A DNA stretch of 36,791 nucleotides from contig JADIIX010000180.1 in NCBI GenBank assembly GCA_027604505.1, positions 1 through 36,791 on the forward strand, read 5' to 3'. Positions 31,601-36,791 of the stretch are shown here, piece by piece; positions within the stretch are counted from its first letter, which is position 1; the number at the start of each line of letters is the position of its first letter. Under the pieces are notes generated by a model. The model was not told the origin of the DNA and did no database searches. It was given only the letters and a program-made list of their open reading frames with translations. This stretch comes from Gonapodya sp. JEL0774 (lineage: Eukaryota). A program made the translations under genes and the position numbers.

Positions 31601-33808
31601 CGCCCAGCCCCGAACCCCATCAGCATCGCCACCGATATGCGGTTGAAAGTAGACACAATCAGCCTCACAGTCCCCGTCTCGCACGAACGTGGTTCTGCGG
31701 GTACAGGTTCTCTCTCTGCATAATCGTCGTCTCGGGGTCCGTCCGTCCCCGTTACCCCACGACTGGTTGGCGCAGTGGACGGGGACGTGTAGTATTGGAG
31801 ACGGTGACGGGTGTTTGAAATCCCCCGAAGCGCGGGACGGGGATCGGGAGGGCAGCTTGGCTCCCACCTGGCCGGGATGAGGTGTGAGTGACAGAGCGTC
31901 AGGAGCACCGGCACCCAATGTCGTGCAGGATCCCGAGAGACCAACGACCCGTTGGGTGGGTTTTCCGGCCACTGCACCGGTTCCACCTCGTCCACCTCTT
32001 CGAACCCGAAAGACAACGCTGCCCTGTACATCATCCACTCTCTTCCCTCCCCTCCACCTCCACCACCTGCGTACATCATCTCCCTCACCCCGCTCTCAAC
32101 GAGCATTGACGCCGCAGACACCGCCTGATCCACTGCAAGCGCCTGGAAAAAGGAGTCACCGGTGGTCCAGGTGTCGGAGTAGGAGTCGACGCCACGGAGG
32201 CACGCATTTCGTAGGACCCATGCCCATTCAAGTTTGTTGAGCAAGGATGCGGAGATGGTCGTGTTCAGGTGTTCAGGCGTCGGTGCCGGTGTGAGATCGT
32301 CCATTGGAGTGATCTCCGACTCCGTATTACTGACCACCACTGGGGTCATCAGCGCCAACACCACCTACTTCAAACTACTGAAATGCTGCTGCAGTGCCGG
32401 TCCTCCACTGTCGACGACGAGTCGACGACATGATCGACACCAGCCGCCCCACCACGCTCCCGCCATCGCCACCTCACAACGGTGACCACGTGGGCCGCCA
32501 CGGGGAACCCCACGCCCGTGATCGTCTCTGTGTACAACGTTCCTGACGACGATCCGGTGGACACGGCCGAGAGCTCTGAGGCCGTGGTAGGTAGCGAGGT
32601 GAGCGAGTGGGACGAGCGGAGGGAGGCCGAGTGGAAGCGGGTCGAGGTGGTGGCTTGGGTTGGGGACGCCGGGTCTGTATCATTTGAGGATGAGGAATTG
32701 GTTGGTGAGTCGTACGTACCCACCAACAACCTGACGCAACTCTCCAACTTACGCGTGGTCGTGCAACTCCTTGTCTCATCCCCCCAATTTCGTGCCCCTA
32801 CTTCCCTCCTCGCCCCCTCGGCGAAGGATTCGAGGGGTTAGGGTGGTGGCGGTACTGCTTGTGGATGGTACGTTGAAGGAGGAGGTGGTGGTAGTTACGG
32901 GGGAGACGACGGTGGCGACGATGGATGTGGAAGGCAGAGAAGTTGGGGGAGGTGGTCTATGGACGCGGCTGCACAAGGTACGGAAGCGCTGAAGTGCCGC
33001 CGACATGTTGGACACCAGGAACCCGGACAATCCCGATCCACAGGACGAGTTCAGCGGGTCCCTGTCCCTGTCCACCACACCTCCGCGCATGCCGGGGTGG
33101 ACCAGGACGTTCCGTGCTTTGACAACCTCAGTTCCACCGTCGCCATGCTCTGTTGGTTCGGGCAACGATGGAGGGGACGCGAGTGCTTTGGCGGGGACAA
33201 CAGTACGCGCTGTTTGGGGTGTAGAGTGCGTAGTGGCTCGAGGACGGTGGTGTGGATGGCTAGTGAGTGCGCCAGGACCGGCAGGCGAGCGGGCAGGCGA
33301 CATTTTGGATATCGAGCGATGACTGGAGTCTGACATGTTGGATATTGAGTGACCAGCGGACTCGGCCGAAGTGGTGGTAGCTTTAGTGGCGGTGAGGGAC
33401 GGAGGATTGGACCGGAGGGACACGCTGCTCTTTCCGGACAAGTCGTGCCGGCGGTGCCGGGTGTGGGAGCGGGATTCCCGGAGGCGCTGGTTGGGTCGGT
33501 TTTGGGTTCGGATTTCTGATGCAACCTGTGGAGCGGGATCGGAATGATGGCTGGAAAAAGGCCGCAGAGTGGAGAGGGCAGGAAGTCCAGACTCACGGAG
33601 CGATTCACAAGTGCGAATTCCACGTACCAGAAGATGCCCGGGTTGAATACAAACAGGCATCTGTAGTGCTGCAACAAGGGAGCGTTAGCACAACAAGCAC
33701 CTTGGCATGTCTGCATGCAAGCAAGATGCAAATGCGTACCAGACAATCCACAGCTCCATGGAGTGAAGCAGCAACCACCGCTACAGTCAGTCATTTGCGC
33801 ACGCTTCA
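28631..33808. repeat. ~5-kb segmental duplication, copy B
   Basis: Colinear with 12356-17443 in the same orientation. Confidence 0.92.
31447..33720 (-). other. Possible lineage-specific low-complexity S/T/P-rich gene or pseudogene inside the duplicated block (paralog ~14740-17360)
   Basis: Long minus-strand ORFs (294 aa, 305 aa) and a GTGAGT donor near 33596 that is conserved near 17242. The two copies differ by frameshifting indels. No recognisable domain. Confidence 0.25.
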
Positions 33809-34498
33809 GTTCGTGGATGGAAAGAGGGCAGGAGTCAAGTGATGGAATGGAGAGACAAATGGGAGAAGGGGGGGGGAGAGGGACGGGTGTGGTCTCCCCT
33901 CTGCTGTGGCCAACTGTCCCGTCCCTCTCTCTCTCACCCTCCTTAAAGATTCCCTATTGAAGGCCCTACACCCTTACTGCGTACCGCATCGTCGTCTGGG
34001 CGACGAGCGACGAGAATGTCTTAACAGAACATTGCAATGCTCAATTATTTGTGCGCGCCAGGATTTGCAGGACTGCAGGATAAGTCCTTTTATAGCAGTC
34101 CAACAACGCTCTCCATCACTCACATCTATAACAATGCCACCCCCTCATAATTATGTTCATGGTGTAGGTTACGTTACATCGCTAACTCTGGCCATTTCAA
34201 AGATGATGGAGATCTCCCAGGTGAGCAGGCAACACCAACAGTTCCATAGAAGATGCTGGTTGATAAGTGAAGATCACGTGATGAAAAACTGCGCTACTAA
34301 CTACACAATATCACTTGAGCCCTCCCTAACAATCCCAACGCATCCTGTTATCCTATTATCCTGTCACCCTTTACCTTTGGTTCTCCTGTGCCTTCGCAAC
34401 ACAAGCCTCCACACAAACACCAAACTGAAATCAAAACAAACCCCAAACGAAGCGCCCTACAAAAGACAAAAACTATGAGCTTCGACCTTTTTCACATT

Positions 34499-35149
34499 TC
34501 AATTGTTCGTCGAGCATTTGCTCTTAAGTGCCTTGAACGCGATTCTCCCAGCGTCACCGATCGAGTTCCCTAGAGTCAAAGTAGAGGAGAGAGTGGAGAG
34601 GAGAGAGGAACCGGTGGGTGAGTGTGTATGCGACTTTTGTCTCTGAGAGGGAGGTCACACGCTGATACTCACAACTGACATCGAGCGACATCAAGGAGGA
34701 GTTGGTCTTGAGGGCCTCAGCAAGCGCTCTGGCGCCAGCCTCACCGATACAGTTGCCTGGAGTTGAAGTAGAGGAGAGAGGAGACGGAGTGTGTGTTCAT
34801 GTGTGTGTGACTCAGCGACTCTGAGCAAGAGCGAGCTCGAGGTCACACTCTGATACTCACTATAAAGGTTGAGCGACGTCAAGGTAGAGTTGGTCTTGAG
34901 GACCTCAGCAAACGCTGTCGCGCCAGCCTCACCGATCGAATTGTCTGTAGTAGTAAAGGAGAGCAGAAGAGGGACGAGAGAGGAGAGAGGAGACCGTGGT
35001 TACGGGGTGTGTGTGAGAGACTCTGCGCCTCTGGAGCGAGAGTGAGCCAGAAATCAAACTCTGATACTCACTATAAAGGTTGAGCGACGTCAAGGTGGAG
35101 TTGGTCTTGAGGGCCTCAGCAAGCGCTCTGGCGGCATCGTCACTGATCG
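34499..35149 (-). pseudogene. Orphan 3' fragment of a paralogous LRR array: partial exon 35149-35072, 84-nt exons 34944-34861 and 34756-34673, terminal exon 34569-34499
   Basis: Same LRR consensus (NSIGEAGATAFAEVLKTNSTLTSLNLY; NCIGEAGARALAEALKTNSSLMSLDVS) and the same splice sites and 3' flank as 7413-9212. The most upstream exon lacks its acceptor, and no NB-ARC lies upstream within the window. Confidence 0.85.
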
Positions 35150-36453
35150 TGATTCAAAGTGTCCTGGGATGTTCATTAGGTTTTGCCTGAGGTGAGATGT
35201 CTCCGATCATTCCAGGTACAGAATGCAATACGCATTATCATCTACGCTGGATGTGATGCATGAGTTGCTTGCAAGATGTTGATTATTTCCTCCTGACAAA
35301 GTCGATTTGTTGTGTGAGAACTGAGATGGGTCCGTTCCGGTATTCCAGGATCCGTGACGAAATTGTGTTCTCTGACAAGGCACTGCAATTAGTGATTAAG
35401 CATGCCGAGTTCATTGGAGCTGAATATTGAGGTAGGATGGTGGGCTGGTCCCTGTCCCTCTTCGATGAATGGGATCACTGGATCCCCATATCCTTTCTAT
35501 CTGCCATTGAGGAAGGATTCCAATGGTCGCCAGTGTCCATCTCCAGGGAAGAACACGAGAATGTTGGGAGGTGGAATAGATTCAGACTCTGGGTTTCCAT
35601 GTTGGACAAATCACGCAGTAGCTGATCATTGTCCATTCCTCGACACAATATTAACTCTCCGTCTTCTCCCTTTTACACTTCCCTCCCTGTCCATGTCTGA
35701 TTCCAGATACAGTCTTGTGCTGTAGTCCCAGAGGGGGTGAGATGGGAAATATGGCAGTGCCGTTATGGTAGGATGATCCATCTGCTTGTTACGCCAAACA
35801 GCTAGCGGGCAGGGTTCGACTCTTGGACTACATCTTGTCGTTGTAAGCGCAGAGAGAGAGTCTGAGACTCTTAATCTGTAGAAACAATCGATGCGCGGAC
35901 GTCAAGAGATTGGTAGAATCAAAAAGCTTATAAGAATAGATATAGACTCTTAATTTTCTTCTCTATTTTCCTCGCCTTCGCATAGAATGTTCCATGAACG
36001 TAAATCGGCAAATCCATTCTACCGAATGTTCAACAAGGTCGGTCGAGTGCACTGACACTTGTATTCATCACGTTCGAGATTGGCATTCCGAGAATGTAGC
36101 GAACCCTGACCTCCTGACCTTTTCAATAGAAATCGAGACGGACTCGAAGTGGGAGACTGGGGCGAGAATGGCAGTTTCTCCCAGAAAGATGGTGAATCCG
36201 GGCAACTAATGGTTGGACACCACATCAGTGTCTTACCTGCCCTCCGGTCCCTCGTGATTGGCAACCGAATGTCGTAAAACATGGTATTATGTTTCCGACG
36301 GTAGGATGTTGACTGAACGCGGTACGGAAGGCTCGGGACATATTTGGTAGTGTACCCTACACGGTTTTCGGGTAAAGACCCCCGACGATATTGTCTCAGA
36401 TGACCTCGAAAGGGAGGTCACTAAGAGGAAAGGGGGTTCTCCGGCCGATGGTC

Positions 36454-36756
36454 TTACGGGCATTCCTCCGAGGAGTTTCTGTTGGTGGCGGGGTGGCGGA
36501 TATCGCGTGCCCTGTCCCAAACGTATCCACTATAATGTCCCAAAACTGAGCCCTTTTCGACAATGTTGTCTCTAAGGAATCGCTGTATTCCCTTTCGCTG
36601 CGGTGGTGGTGGAAGAACTGTCGTACAGACCTGAAAAACAAGCGTAACACTTTTTCTGGCGTTCGGGTCGGCACCCTCTGCGAGCACCTTTCAGACGAGT
36701 GCAGGACTGTTGGACTCGACAGCAGCGATCAAGTCGCAGTCTTTGTGCGATTCCAT
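36454..36756 (-). pseudogene. Ankyrin-like repeat gene fragment with in-frame stop
   Basis: MESHKDCDLIAAVESNSPALV*KVLAEGADPNARKSVTL matches the ankyrin pattern LxxAxxxxxxxxVxxLLxxGADxN. TGA at 36693-36691. Confidence 0.55.
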
Positions 36757-36791
36757 CGTGTTTTTGGTGTGGCCTGTTGAATATTCATCCA

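Overview
Eukaryotic, almost certainly fungal, DNA with short GT-AG introns (about 50-125 nt). It looks like a rearranged, partly decaying innate-immunity/allorecognition locus. The main element is a 13-exon minus-strand gene (11414->7413, 923 aa after manual splicing) that the ORF track fragments. It encodes an N-terminal HET-s-like amyloid motif (R0), NB-ARC, TPRs and then an array of ribonuclease-inhibitor/NLRC3-type LRRs, each on its own 84-nt phase-1 exon. It sits head-to-head with a het-S-like HeLo gene. The NLR/het-S pair occurs twice: at 1604-3121 (NLR stub plus a full-length but frameshifted het-S with a two-repeat prion-forming domain) and at 7413-11982 (intact NLR plus a het-S stub). 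A third, orphan LRR cassette array lies at 34499-35149. Two ~5-kb direct duplications (12356-17443, 28631-33808) bracket a PNP_UDP-NB-ARC-TPR NLR with a broken TPR tail, an intron-containing serine recombinase pseudogene, a MATA/SOX-type HMG-box gene and a MITE-like element. Fragments of a haloacetate-dehalogenase-like hydrolase and an ankyrin-like gene are also present. All gene models were derived by eye, and domain names come from motif recognition rather than database searches. No rRNA, tRNA or CRISPR array was seen.
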